Assembly (NCBI GenBank): GCA_029560465.1
Contig: JAKQKX010000045.1
Span: forward strand, 24,260-88,259
Direction: 5' to 3'
Length of the DNA stretch: 64,000 nt
Source: Candidatus Omnitrophota bacterium
GTDB lineage: Bacteria; Omnitrophota; Gorgyraeia; Zapsychrales; JANLHA01
A model generated the notes under the pieces. That model made no database searches. It was given only the letters and a program-made list of their open reading frames with translations, and had not been told where the DNA came from. A program made the translations under genes and the position numbers. Positions 1 to 9,886 of this stretch are shown here, in pieces. Numbering within the stretch: position 1 is the stretch's first letter; the number at the start of each line of letters is the position of its first letter.

Positions 1-921
1 CCGGAGGCACAACTGCCCGAATTCATACCCGGCTTCCCGGGCAGCCATGGGCAGCAAACTGGTGGCTGTAAATCCTGGGATCGTGTTGGCCTCCAGGAAA
101 AATGGGTTGTCTTCTCTGTCAAGGATAAAATCAAGCCGGGCAAAATCCCGGCATCCCAGCGTCTGGAAAGCTTTGCAGGCTAGTCCCTGGACACGCTGCG
201 TGGCTGACGAAGAAATCTCCGCCGGGACAATGTACGCGCTCATTCCCGTTTGGTATTTCGCCTGAAAATCAAAGAATGGACAGCGGGGCCGGATTTCCAC
301 CAACGGCAGCGCCTCATCACCCAGGATCCCTGCGGTGATTTCCTTCCCCTGAATGTACCGTTCCACCAAAACCTCCTGATCCAAGGCAAAAGCGTGACGG
401 AGCGCTTCCTGAAAAACATCCCCGGAAGGAACAATGCTGATGCCAAGACTCGACCCCTGCGAAGCCGGTTTGACCACAAGGGGCGATCCTCCCAGCTTTT
501 CAACCAACTCCTGAAAATCCACGTGTTCGCCGGAAGACACGACCACATGCCCCGGGGAAAGGACATCCGTCGTCTTTAACCTTTCCAACGTGGAAATCTT
601 GTTCATGGCCACCCGGCTGGCTTCGGATCCGGAACCGGTATAGGGAATATGTTGCCCTTCCAGGATTTTCTGCACGGTCCCATCCTCGCCGAACGCCCCG
701 TGTAAGGCGATAAAGACAATGTCAACCGCCTCGTCCTTGAGCCGGGACACCAGGACGTGTTCATCCGTTGAATCCAGCACAATCGGGACCGCATCACAGT
801 GTTTTTCCTGCAAGGCGGCAAAGACAGCTTTCCCTGATTTTATTGAGATTTCCCGTTCTGAAGACGGGCCGCCCATCAAGACTCCAATCCGGCCCAAAAA
901 AGCTGTTTTGTCATATGCCAT
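1..921 (-). CDS. ddl: D-alanine--D-alanine ligase (3' end runs off the window)
   Basis: Not in the ORF track. Manual translation from the ATG at 921 gives MAYDKTAFLGRIGVLMGGPSSEREISIKSG, and the window edge reads LEANTIPGFTATSLLPMAA. Both are Ddl signatures; the gene follows murC. Confidence 0.95.
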   Translation of the reverse strand, partial: MAYDKTAFLGRIGVLMGGPSSEREISIKSGKAVFAALQEKHCDAVPIVLDSTDEHVLVSRLKDEAVDIVFIALHGAFGEDGTVQKILEGQHIPYTGSGSEASRVAMNKISTLERLKTTDVLSPGHVVVSSGEHVDFQELVEKLGGSPLVVKPASQGSSLGISIVPSGDVFQEALRHAFALDQEVLVERYIQGKEITAGILGDEALPLVEIRPRCPFFDFQAKYQTGMSAYIVPAEISSSATQRVQGLACKAFQTLGCRDFARLDFILDREDNPFFLEANTIPGFTATSLLPMAAREAGYEFGQLCLR

Positions 922-940
922 AAATCTCCCGCTCCTAACG

Positions 941-2374
941 TCAAAGGTCGGCCACCGTGGGCAACGAGGCCAACAGGGTTTCTCCAATCTTATAAATATC
1001 TCCCGCCCCCAGGGTGAGAACCATGTCTCCCACCTCCAGGATAGCGGACAATTCCTGGACGATCCGTCCCCTCGGCACGTAATAAACCGTTTCTTTCCCA
1101 GCCTCCCGAATCCGCTCGACCAGGCCTTCCCCGCTAATCCCCGCCAAAGGTTCTTCACTGGCGGCATAAATATCGGTTATAAATAAAACATCGGTCTGTG
1201 TCAAGGCCTGAATAAACTCTTCCAATAAAAACCGCGTCCGGGAATAACGGTGCGGCTGAAAAACCGTAATCAAGCGCTTCCCCGCCAGCAAACGGGCCGC
1301 GTTTAAGACGGCCCGTATTTCCGTCGGGTGATGCCCGTAATCGTCATACACCGCGATCCCCGCCGCGCGCCCCTTCAACTGCAGGCGGCGGTTTACCCCT
1401 GGGAAAACGCCCAGCGCCCGGACAGCGTCCTGAACATCCAGCCCCAGGGCGATGCCAACGCCTAAACAAGCCAAGGCGTTCAAGACATTGTGGTCCCCCA
1501 AAGCCGGGAGGGTCATCTCCGTCAAAAAACGGCCGTTTTGCAAAACAGAAAAAACAGTCTGTGGCTTCTCAGACATCCTGACCTTAATCCCGGCGGCGCT
1601 CAAATCCTGCTGAGGTTGAAAGCCGTAAGATAAAACCTTACGGCCGGAATTCTTAAGAAGCGCCATCAGCCGCGGGTCTTCCCCGCAGGCGATCACCGTG
1701 CCGTCCGGTTGCGTCTGATCGAGAAACCTCTGATAAGCCTGTAAAATATTGGCCCATGTCTTATAATAATCCACATGTTCAAAATCAATATTGGTAACAA
1801 CAGAAATCTTCGGATGGAACAAAAGAAAACTACCGTCACTTTCATCCAGCTCCGCCACAAAATATCGCCCGGATCCCAGCACGGCGTTCACGTCCAGCCC
1901 CCGGATCACGCCCCCCACCGCCACGGTGGGCTTTAACCCGGCGGTCAGCATCATGTGGGCGATCATCGAACTGGTCGTCGTCTTGCCGTGCGCCCCGGCG
2001 ACCGTAATCCCCGTCGCCCCGTCCATCAGTTCAGCAAGAAGCTCCGCCCTTTTCATGAGCGGGATCCCCGCGGCTCTGGCGGACAGGAGCTCCGGGTTAT
2101 TGTCTTTAATCGCGGATGAATACACCACTTTATCCGCCTGCCCCACATGCCCCGCATCATGTCCAAGATGCACAACGGCCCCGCGCTGCACCAAGGCGTG
2201 GATCATCGGCCCGTCTTTCGCGTCGGAACCGGACACGGCCTCTCCCCGCGACAAAAGGAGTGAAGCCAAGGCTCCCATCCCAATGCCGCCGATCCCGACA
2301 AAATGATAATGCTGTTGCATGGCGCCCACACTCTGTTTTCGATTTTCCATCATATCTATCTTCATGTCCGGCAT
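941..2374 (-). CDS. murC: UDP-N-acetylmuramate--L-alanine ligase (start may be as late as the ATG at 2320)
   Basis: HFVGIGGIGM, GAHGKTTT, ELDESD, DDYGHHPTE and FQPHRYSRT motifs. Confidence 0.97.
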   Translation of the reverse strand: MPDMKIDMMENRKQSVGAMQQHYHFVGIGGIGMGALASLLLSRGEAVSGSDAKDGPMIHALVQRGAVVHLGHDAGHVGQADKVVYSSAIKDNNPELLSARAAGIPLMKRAELLAELMDGATGITVAGAHGKTTTSSMIAHMMLTAGLKPTVAVGGVIRGLDVNAVLGSGRYFVAELDESDGSFLLFHPKISVVTNIDFEHVDYYKTWANILQAYQRFLDQTQPDGTVIACGEDPRLMALLKNSGRKVLSYGFQPQQDLSAAGIKVRMSEKPQTVFSVLQNGRFLTEMTLPALGDHNVLNALACLGVGIALGLDVQDAVRALGVFPGVNRRLQLKGRAAGIAVYDDYGHHPTEIRAVLNAARLLAGKRLITVFQPHRYSRTRFLLEEFIQALTQTDVLFITDIYAASEEPLAGISGEGLVERIREAGKETVYYVPRGRIVQELSAILEVGDMVLTLGAGDIYKIGETLLASLPTVADL

Positions 2375-3468
2375 GACTCTTTCTTTTTACAAGCGCTTTT
2401 CCGCGCCGTTAATTTCAGGATTTCATCACTCAACAATCTCGCCGCGTCATGGCCCAATTCAGGAGCCCGCCGCCCGTACCGGCTTCCAGGACCCTTTATT
2501 TTTTCAACCGCGGCGATCAAGGCTTCCGGAGACACACGGCTTTCTTCGATCATAATCCCCAACCCCCGGTTGACCAAAATCCTCGCGTTTTCTTTTTGGT
2601 GGCCTCCGGCGTGCGGATACGGGATCAAAATGGCCGGAAGGCCAAAAAGCGACAATTCCGTAACAGACACGGCTCCGGCCCTGGAAATAGCCATATCCGC
2701 CACGCTATAAGCCAAAGCCATATCCTCCAAAAAAGGCATCACACGGGACCGCAAACGCATGCGTTGATACTCCCCTTTCACCAGATCATAATTCTTATGC
2801 CCGGTGAGGTGGATCACCTGAAAATCCATGCGCTCCTTGAGGGGCAAAACGCTCTCCAACCAACAGGAATTAATCGCCTGGCTGCCCTGACTGCCGCCCA
2901 GAACAAGAATCGTGAATGCGCCTTCTTGAAGGTTGAAACTTTTTATAATCTGGTTTTTATTATAATCTTCCCGGGGCACATGGCCCGGGCACCCCGTGAC
3001 AACCGTGGCAGGGCTTAAATACCCGCCCGTCTCCTCAAAACTGAGCGCGACTTTTGTCACCAGACGGCTCAATATCTTCGTCGCCCGGCCCGGGCGCACA
3101 TTCTGTTCATGAATTAAGGTTGGGACCCGCCAAAAAACAGCCGCCAGCAGAACCGGAACGCTCCCGTAACCGCCGAATCCCGTGACAACCGCGGGCCGTA
3201 GCTCTTTTAAAAGCCGCACAGCGGTTCCAAAGGCCAATATCATTTTAAAAAAGCACATCCCCAGCGACTTCAACGAACGGCCAGACAAACCTCGAACGTC
3301 TAACGGGTAGCACTGAATTCCTTTCCTGTCTACCAGAGATGCAAAACCCCGAAAATCCCCCATAAAAACGACCCGGTGCCCTAGGCCGGACACCTGCTCG
3401 GCGACCTTAAGGGCCGGCAAGATATGCCCCCCGCTCCCTGAAATGGCAAAAACAAATGTCATGCACAT
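2362..3468 (-). CDS. murG: Undecaprenyl-PP-MurNAc-pentapeptide GlcNAc transferase
   Basis: GSGGH, GFGGY, HEQN, GGSQGS, SRAGA and HQKENA motifs; start trimmed to the ATG at 3468 (or 3462). Confidence 0.95.
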   Translation of the reverse strand: MCMTFVFAISGSGGHILPALKVAEQVSGLGHRVVFMGDFRGFASLVDRKGIQCYPLDVRGLSGRSLKSLGMCFFKMILAFGTAVRLLKELRPAVVTGFGGYGSVPVLLAAVFWRVPTLIHEQNVRPGRATKILSRLVTKVALSFEETGGYLSPATVVTGCPGHVPREDYNKNQIIKSFNLQEGAFTILVLGGSQGSQAINSCWLESVLPLKERMDFQVIHLTGHKNYDLVKGEYQRMRLRSRVMPFLEDMALAYSVADMAISRAGAVSVTELSLFGLPAILIPYPHAGGHQKENARILVNRGLGIMIEESRVSPEALIAAVEKIKGPGSRYGRRAPELGHDAARLLSDEILKLTARKSACKKKESCRT

Positions 3469-3529
3469 CCTATCCCGTCTGCCCGCGGAACTTCCGGCTT
3501 TCCCAGGATGAAAATTGATTGTATCACAA

Positions 3530-4621
3530 TTAAAGGTCTTCGACACGGGAAACGTTCAGCAATAACGCGACGGATATCATATTAAAAACCAGTGAAGACC
3601 CCCCGTAACTGATAAACGGAAGCGGCAGCCCCTTGGTGGGGAGCGCCCCGATGCTCACCCCGACGTTAATGACCGCCTGCAACCCGATCAAGGCGACAAT
3701 CCCCACGCTCAAATAATATCCAAACAGATCCTGAGTCCGCTTAGCAATCCGGCTTCCCTGCCAAATAAAACAGACAAAGAGGGCGATCACCAGAAAAGCC
3801 CCCAGGAACCCCAGTTCCTCCCCGATGATGGATAGGATAAAATCCGTGTGGGCGGCCGGGAGATAAAAAAGCTTCTGGACGCTTTTTCCCAACCCCACAC
3901 CCCAAAACCCTCCGTTGCCGAAAGCCACCTGCGATTGGATCAGCTGAAACCCCGCGCCATGGACATCCTCCCAGGGATCCAGAAACGCCACGATTCTTCT
4001 CCAGCGGTACGGGACTTTGACAACCATAAAGTAGAAACCAGGCAGCCCGGCCAGGACCAGCGCCCACAGATATTTCAGCTTTGTCCCAGCGACGAATAAC
4101 ATAATCAGGGCCACCGAAAAAATCAATAGCATGCTCCCCAAATCCGGCTGTTTTAATATCAAAAGAGAGACGGCCCCCAAAACCAGGAGCGCCGGCAAAA
4201 ACCCCTTGCCGAAACGTTTAACCTCCTGTTGTTTCCTGGCCAGGAAATCAGCGATATAAACCAAAACACATATCTTGGTCAATTCGGACGGCTGAAAATA
4301 AATCGGGCCGAGCTTAAACCAGCGCTGGGCGCCATAACTGGATTTCCCGATGCCCGGGATTAAAACCATCACCAGCAGGAACACCGAAAAAAGCAACAAA
4401 GGTTTGGCCACCTTCCTGAGATCCCGGTAATCCAGGGCCATACACCCCAGGGACGCGAGCAACCCCACGCAGACAAAAAAAACGTGCCTTTTCAAAAAAA
4501 ACAGCTGGTCACCCAGGACCTGCATCGCGTAGATCCCGCTGGAGCTGTAAATCATGATGATGCCCAAAAAAATCAGGAACAGCGTTATCGTGGCAACGGA
4601 TATCCGGATGTCCCTCATCAC
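3530..4621 (-). CDS. ftsW: Cell division SEDS glycosyltransferase FtsW
   Basis: GAQRW, FQPSE, QPDLG, LPAAHTDFI and LPFISYGGSS motifs; lies between murD and murG. Confidence 0.95.
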   Translation of the reverse strand: MMRDIRISVATITLFLIFLGIIMIYSSSGIYAMQVLGDQLFFLKRHVFFVCVGLLASLGCMALDYRDLRKVAKPLLLFSVFLLVMVLIPGIGKSSYGAQRWFKLGPIYFQPSELTKICVLVYIADFLARKQQEVKRFGKGFLPALLVLGAVSLLILKQPDLGSMLLIFSVALIMLFVAGTKLKYLWALVLAGLPGFYFMVVKVPYRWRRIVAFLDPWEDVHGAGFQLIQSQVAFGNGGFWGVGLGKSVQKLFYLPAAHTDFILSIIGEELGFLGAFLVIALFVCFIWQGSRIAKRTQDLFGYYLSVGIVALIGLQAVINVGVSIGALPTKGLPLPFISYGGSSLVFNMISVALLLNVSRVEDL

Positions 4622-5892
4622 GCATCCTCCGATAAATTCCGGACAAGGCTTTTAAATACCGTTCCCCTCTCTTCAAAATTCTTAAACATGTCGAAACTCG
4701 CGCACATCGGGCTCAACAGGACACAATCTCCATCACGCGCCCTCTGCCTCGCCAAAGCAACAGCCGCCGACAAAGAATCTGCGACTTCAAAAGGGACGTG
4801 TCCGAAAAAAGTCTGCCGGAATTTATCCCGCGCTTCGCCGATGGCGATCATGACCTTGACTTTCCTTCCGGCAAGGCCCTTCAGGACTGAATAATCCAGG
4901 TTCTTATCCCGGCCTCCGCAAATCCAGATGACCGGCTTGTCCAGGCTTTCCAAGGCCCACCGGCCGGCCTCGACCGTCGTGGCTTTTGAATCATTAATGT
5001 ACTCAACACCCTCCAAGACGCGGACTTTTTCCATCCGGTGTTCAACCCCGGGGAACAAGCGGAACACGTTTAAAGCGACGTCATCCGAAATTCCCAACGT
5101 GCGAGATACGGCTAAAACAGCCAGAAAATTCGGATTCCGGACATCGCTCGAGCGGCCATCGCCGGGACAGTTAAAAAAAACGACCTGGGAACGGAAATCC
5201 TTCGCCGCATCCTTAAAAAGTTCGCATTGGTCATTCAATATGGCATAATCACCCGAAGTTTGATTTTCAAACAGGCGTTTCTTGGCGGTAAAATATTCCT
5301 CCATATCTTTATGCCGGTCAAGATGGTTCTGGCTAAAATTTAAACAAACGCCTATATGAGGACGAAAATGCTCAATCGTTTCCAACTGGAACGAACTGAC
5401 CTCCAATACGACCCAATCCGCGTCTGCCAATTTATCCACGCAATCGCAAAACGGCGTTCCCACGTTCCCGCAAAGCACCGCTTTTTTGCCCGCCGCGTTA
5501 AGGACCTGCGTAATCAGGTTTACCACCGTGGTTTTCCCATTACTGCCGGTCACGGCAATGACCGGCCACGGACAATACTGGAAAGCGAGCTCGATCTCAC
5601 CCCAAATTTTTATTCCCTGCTCCCGCGCCCACACTAACGGCGGGGCAAAATAAGGGATTCCCGGACTGGTAACCATTAGGGCGCTTCCGGCTATGAATTC
5701 CCTCGTGTGCCCTCCAGCCTCAATCTCCACCCCCTCGGCCCGGGCCCAGGATAAAAAATCAAGAGGGAATTTTTCTATCCCCCCCTGCTCGGACAAAAAA
5801 ACTCTGGCCCCCTTCCGGCGAAGCAACGCCGCCGCGGCCAACCCGCTTTTAGCCGCTCCCAAAACCGTAACCTTTTTATCTGATAAGTCCAT
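4618..5892 (-). CDS. murD: UDP-MurNAc-L-alanine--D-glutamate ligase
   Basis: VTGSNGKTT, EVSSFQL, NHLDRH, NDSKAT and LLSPMCASFD motifs. Confidence 0.97.
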   Translation of the reverse strand: MDLSDKKVTVLGAAKSGLAAAALLRRKGARVFLSEQGGIEKFPLDFLSWARAEGVEIEAGGHTREFIAGSALMVTSPGIPYFAPPLVWAREQGIKIWGEIELAFQYCPWPVIAVTGSNGKTTVVNLITQVLNAAGKKAVLCGNVGTPFCDCVDKLADADWVVLEVSSFQLETIEHFRPHIGVCLNFSQNHLDRHKDMEEYFTAKKRLFENQTSGDYAILNDQCELFKDAAKDFRSQVVFFNCPGDGRSSDVRNPNFLAVLAVSRTLGISDDVALNVFRLFPGVEHRMEKVRVLEGVEYINDSKATTVEAGRWALESLDKPVIWICGGRDKNLDYSVLKGLAGRKVKVMIAIGEARDKFRQTFFGHVPFEVADSLSAAVALARQRARDGDCVLLSPMCASFDMFKNFEERGTVFKSLVRNLSEDA

Positions 5893-6990
5893 TTACCTGA
5901 TTTTTAATAACGCCAGCGTCATGAGTGAAAAAATGATGCCAACGATCCAGAAGCGTGTGATGATTTTAGATTCATGCCAACCAGACAATTGAAAATGATG
6001 ATGGAGGGGGGACATTTTGAAAATACGTTTTCCCGTCATCTTAAACGACAACACCTGCAGAATAACAGACAGCGCCTCCGCCACAAAAATCCCGCCCAAG
6101 AGGATCAGCCACAATTCTTTTTTAATAAACACCGCAATGACCCCCAGGCATCCCCCTAGGGACAACGAGCCCGTATCCCCCATAAAAATCGTGGCCGGAT
6201 GACAGTTAAACCACAAGAAACCCATGCTTGCCCCGACGATGGCCGAGCAGAAGACCGTTAATTCCCCTGCGTTGGCGACATAAGGGACAAACAGATACTG
6301 GCTGAAATTAACATTCCCCGTTATATAACATAAAACCGCCAGGGTGCCGCTCACAATCAAAACACACCCGATCGCCAGCCCGTCCAACCCGTCCGTCAAG
6401 TTCACCGCATTGCTGGTTCCAATCACGACCAAAGCGATAAAGGGGACGTAAAGCCAGCCCAAGCGCACCACCATATCTTTTAAGAAAGGGACATCCAGCT
6501 GGGTGGCAAAATGAGGGGTCGTATCCGGATTAAAAAAGACATACGACCCGATAAAGCACCCCAGCAAAACCTGCCATAACAATTTTGTCCTGGCCCTGAT
6601 TCCGTGCCGTCCGGGCTTTGTTAATTTCACATAATCGTCAACAAACCCGAGGACCGCCAAATAAACGGCGGTCAAAAGCGACAACACAATATACCGATTC
6701 CCGATATCCGCCCACAACAAGACCGACACAACAATGCTGCCCATGATAAAAATGCCCCCCATGGTCGGGATGCCTTCTTTCTGATCATGAAAAGACGCCA
6801 GCCCCGGGCAATCCTGCCGCCGGGCATGTTCACGGATACGCCACTGCTGAAACATCCGCGTCACAACGGGCGCGGCCAGGATACAAATAAAGAAGGACGT
6901 CACCGCCGCCATGGTGGCACGGAACGTGATGTATTTAAAAATATTGAAAACAAAAAAGAAATCCCTTAACTGAGTAAAATAATAAAACAT
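5893..6990 (-). CDS. mraY: Phospho-MurNAc-pentapeptide transferase
   Basis: PTMGG, DDY, NAVNLTDGLDGLA, FMGDTGS and PLHHHF motifs. Confidence 0.98.
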   Translation of the reverse strand: MFYYFTQLRDFFFVFNIFKYITFRATMAAVTSFFICILAAPVVTRMFQQWRIREHARRQDCPGLASFHDQKEGIPTMGGIFIMGSIVVSVLLWADIGNRYIVLSLLTAVYLAVLGFVDDYVKLTKPGRHGIRARTKLLWQVLLGCFIGSYVFFNPDTTPHFATQLDVPFLKDMVVRLGWLYVPFIALVVIGTSNAVNLTDGLDGLAIGCVLIVSGTLAVLCYITGNVNFSQYLFVPYVANAGELTVFCSAIVGASMGFLWFNCHPATIFMGDTGSLSLGGCLGVIAVFIKKELWLILLGGIFVAEALSVILQVLSFKMTGKRIFKMSPLHHHFQLSGWHESKIITRFWIVGIIFSLMTLALLKIR

Positions 6991-6995
6991 TCCGC

Positions 6996-8378
6996 TTATC
7001 CCTCAAATTGCTTTTTTAAAAACGCGGCCGTTGCCTCCATGTGCATCCCGCGGGACGCCTTGATCAGCACGGCATCCCCCGGGGCCAGACAGCGCACAAG
7101 CTGCCGGTGCAGGGCCGGCAAGGCCAAAAAATGCGCTACAAAAACCGCCTTATTGTCCTTCCTCACCTGCTCGGCGAGCCAGGAAGACATCGGGCCATAG
7201 GCCAAAACAGCCGCGATATTCGTCCGCGCGATAAACTCCCCCATCTTTTGATGAAGCGCTTTAGACCAGGCCCCCAACTCCAGCATATCCCCGCAAACAA
7301 GGACTCTTTTGCCCTTAACCGGAAACGCGTCGAGCGTGGACACGGCGCTGCGCATCGAGACAGGATTCGCGTTGTAAGAATCATCTATACACCAGCAACG
7401 ACCGACACGCTCAACCGCTTGCCGCTGCCCTGAAAACCGGTATTTCTCCAACGCCGCCGCGGCGGCTTCATAAGAAATACCCTTTAGCCTGGCGCAGGCA
7501 ATGGCCGCCAGGGCGTTATATATATTTTCCTGAACCGGAGTGCGCAGAACTACCGGATACCGACGGTTAACCAAAAAGCGCAAAGACTTTCCCTGCCGGA
7601 TCCTCTCAATATGCGTGGCCTGGTAATCGGCCGCCTCCCGGATCGCGTAGGAAATAATTTTATCATTATTTAATTTTTTATAAAATCTTTTTAGGTATTT
7701 ATCATCTTTATTAAGGATGACCCGGCCTCGCGCTGACAAATCCTTCAGCATTTGACTCTTCTCTTGAAACACGTATCCCGGGCTCTTTAATTTTTCCAGG
7801 TGAGATTCACCGATATTCGTGTACACCGCCACATCCGGTTTGACGATTGAGGACAGCCTCCGGATATCCCCGGGCTGGTTGGTCCCAAGCTCAAAAACAG
7901 CAATTTTGTGCCGCGGGCTCAACCGCAGGACCGTTAACGGCACTCCGATCTGGTTATTAAAAGAACCCTGATTGACCAGGACCTGATAGCGGGACCGCAA
8001 CGCCGCGGCCACAAGATTTTTCGTTGAGGTCTTGCCCGCCGACCCGGTAATAGCTATGACCGGAATGCGGGTTCGCTCACGGGTAAACCGGGCGATCTTC
8101 CCCAAAGCTTCGACAGTGTCCAGGACTTTAATGACCGCGATCCGTGGGGACGGCTGTTCCAACAGAAACGTCTCCTCTACGATAACGCCCCGGGCGCCCT
8201 TCTCAACCGCCTGATTCAGGAACTTGTGCCCGTCAAAATTCTTTCCTCTGATGGCAACAAACAGCGCTCCGGGCCGAATGGTGCGGCTGTCAATCGATAT
8301 CTCCTTAACATCCTGATCCTCTTTCCCGCGCTGAAGAACGCCACCCGTAGCCTGTAAAATATCCTGTATTGTCCACAT
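6996..8378 (-). CDS. murF: UDP-MurNAc-tripeptide--D-Ala-D-Ala ligase
   Basis: ITGSAGKTSTK, FNNQIGVPLT, DDSYNANP, GDMLELG and KASRG motifs. Confidence 0.97.
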   Translation of the reverse strand: MWTIQDILQATGGVLQRGKEDQDVKEISIDSRTIRPGALFVAIRGKNFDGHKFLNQAVEKGARGVIVEETFLLEQPSPRIAVIKVLDTVEALGKIARFTRERTRIPVIAITGSAGKTSTKNLVAAALRSRYQVLVNQGSFNNQIGVPLTVLRLSPRHKIAVFELGTNQPGDIRRLSSIVKPDVAVYTNIGESHLEKLKSPGYVFQEKSQMLKDLSARGRVILNKDDKYLKRFYKKLNNDKIISYAIREAADYQATHIERIRQGKSLRFLVNRRYPVVLRTPVQENIYNALAAIACARLKGISYEAAAAALEKYRFSGQRQAVERVGRCWCIDDSYNANPVSMRSAVSTLDAFPVKGKRVLVCGDMLELGAWSKALHQKMGEFIARTNIAAVLAYGPMSSWLAEQVRKDNKAVFVAHFLALPALHRQLVRCLAPGDAVLIKASRGMHMEATAAFLKKQFEG

Positions 8379-8401
8379 GGAAATTTTCCATTATTCCTTA
8401 T

Positions 8402-9886
8402 TTAACACGACGATGATCCCGACATCCTTTTATATAAACACTGCCGGACAATCGCCTTTTCATCGAAGGGAACGGTCTGGTTCTTAAATATCTGATAATT
8501 TTCATGCCCTTTGCCGGCCAGAAGTACGACATCCCCCATGCCGGCCGCCTGGACCGCGGCCTCGATCGCCGCTGTCCTGTCCTGGATAACCCGGTAGCGG
8601 TCATGCGTAAACCCCGATAAAATCTGGTCAATAATCTGTTGCGGAGGCTCACTGCGGGGGTTGTCATTTGTCACAATCACATGATCAGCGAACTCGGACG
8701 CCACGCGCCCCATTTTCGGCCGCTTTCCCGCATCCCGGTCGCCGCCGCAGCCAAAAACCAAAATAATCCGGGTCCGGGAAATAGCTCTGATAGCGCGTAA
8801 AACATTTTGAAGCGCGTCTTCCGTGTGGGCGTAATCAATGAACACATGAAAAGGCTGTCCGCAGCGAATCGCTTCCATCCGTCCGGGGACAGACACGCAG
8901 GACTCGACCCCGGTCTGGATGTGTTCCCAAGACACCCCCTCCCCCAGCCCTACGGCGCAGGCGGCCAAGATATTATAAACATTATGTTGACCGATCAGCC
9001 CGGACTTAACCTGACAACGCCCGTGAGGAGTGACGACGTAGAATTCTGTCCCGCTCAATGACAGGCGGATCTCTTCAGCCATGAAATCCGCGGGGCTTTC
9101 GACCCCGTATGTCAAAAGCCGTCCTTTTGTCAAGGAACATAGTCTTCGGCCATAAGGGTCATCCCCATTGATCACCGCCGTACTCTGCGCAGAGAGCGAG
9201 ACAAAAAGCCTGGATTTCGCCAGAAAATAATCCTCCATGTTCTGATGATAATCCAGGTGATCCTGCGTGACATTCGTTAAGACCGCCTGCACGAAAGGGA
9301 TCCCTTCCACCCGGCCCTGATGCAGGCCATGGGACGACACTTCCATAACGCAAGCCTCGGCTCCCTGGGACGCGAGCCCGGATAGGAACCGGAAATTCTC
9401 CACCAACCCGGGCGTGGTATTTTTGGAAGGCCACACCGTGTCGCCCAGACGGGAATTAATCGTTCCCACCACCCCGCAGCTCCGCCCCGCTTGTTTCAGG
9501 ATGGACTCAACAAGATACGTTATCGTTGTTTTTCCATTGGTTCCTGTGACCCCGATCACGCGCAACCCCTGACAGGCGTCCCCGTAAAAACGCCAGACCA
9601 GTTTCTGCAGACAGCGCTGGGCATCAGGAACCCTTAACACACAGGGAGCGCTCCCCCGCCAGTCTGCACAGTCCGTCACGATGACCCGGGCCCCGTTCTG
9701 AACCGCATCCGGGATATACCGAGAACCTTCTTCCTTGGGCCCGCGGAGAGCGACAAAAAGGCTCCCGGGAGCAACTTCTCTGGAATCCGAGCACACCGAC
9801 TGAACATCAATGTCCTCACACGGCTCCGGGAGGGCGTCGTCATAAATGTCTTTTAGAAGATCCACAAGCCGCATGCGTTTCCTCAC
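8402..9886 (-). CDS. murE: UDP-MurNAc-dipeptide--meso-diaminopimelate ligase
   Basis: GTNGKTT, MEVSSH, DHLDYH, DYAHT and AGKGHE motifs; DNPR is the meso-DAP specificity motif. Confidence 0.97.
   Translation of the reverse strand: MRKRMRLVDLLKDIYDDALPEPCEDIDVQSVCSDSREVAPGSLFVALRGPKEEGSRYIPDAVQNGARVIVTDCADWRGSAPCVLRVPDAQRCLQKLVWRFYGDACQGLRVIGVTGTNGKTTITYLVESILKQAGRSCGVVGTINSRLGDTVWPSKNTTPGLVENFRFLSGLASQGAEACVMEVSSHGLHQGRVEGIPFVQAVLTNVTQDHLDYHQNMEDYFLAKSRLFVSLSAQSTAVINGDDPYGRRLCSLTKGRLLTYGVESPADFMAEEIRLSLSGTEFYVVTPHGRCQVKSGLIGQHNVYNILAACAVGLGEGVSWEHIQTGVESCVSVPGRMEAIRCGQPFHVFIDYAHTEDALQNVLRAIRAISRTRIILVFGCGGDRDAGKRPKMGRVASEFADHVIVTNDNPRSEPPQQIIDQILSGFTHDRYRVIQDRTAAIEAAVQAAGMGDVVLLAGKGHENYQIFKNQTVPFDEKAIVRQCLYKRMSGSSSC

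Noticed and set aside
922-940. No murB between murC and ddl
   Set aside because: murB position varies widely among bacteria and it is probably elsewhere; this cannot be judged from the window.
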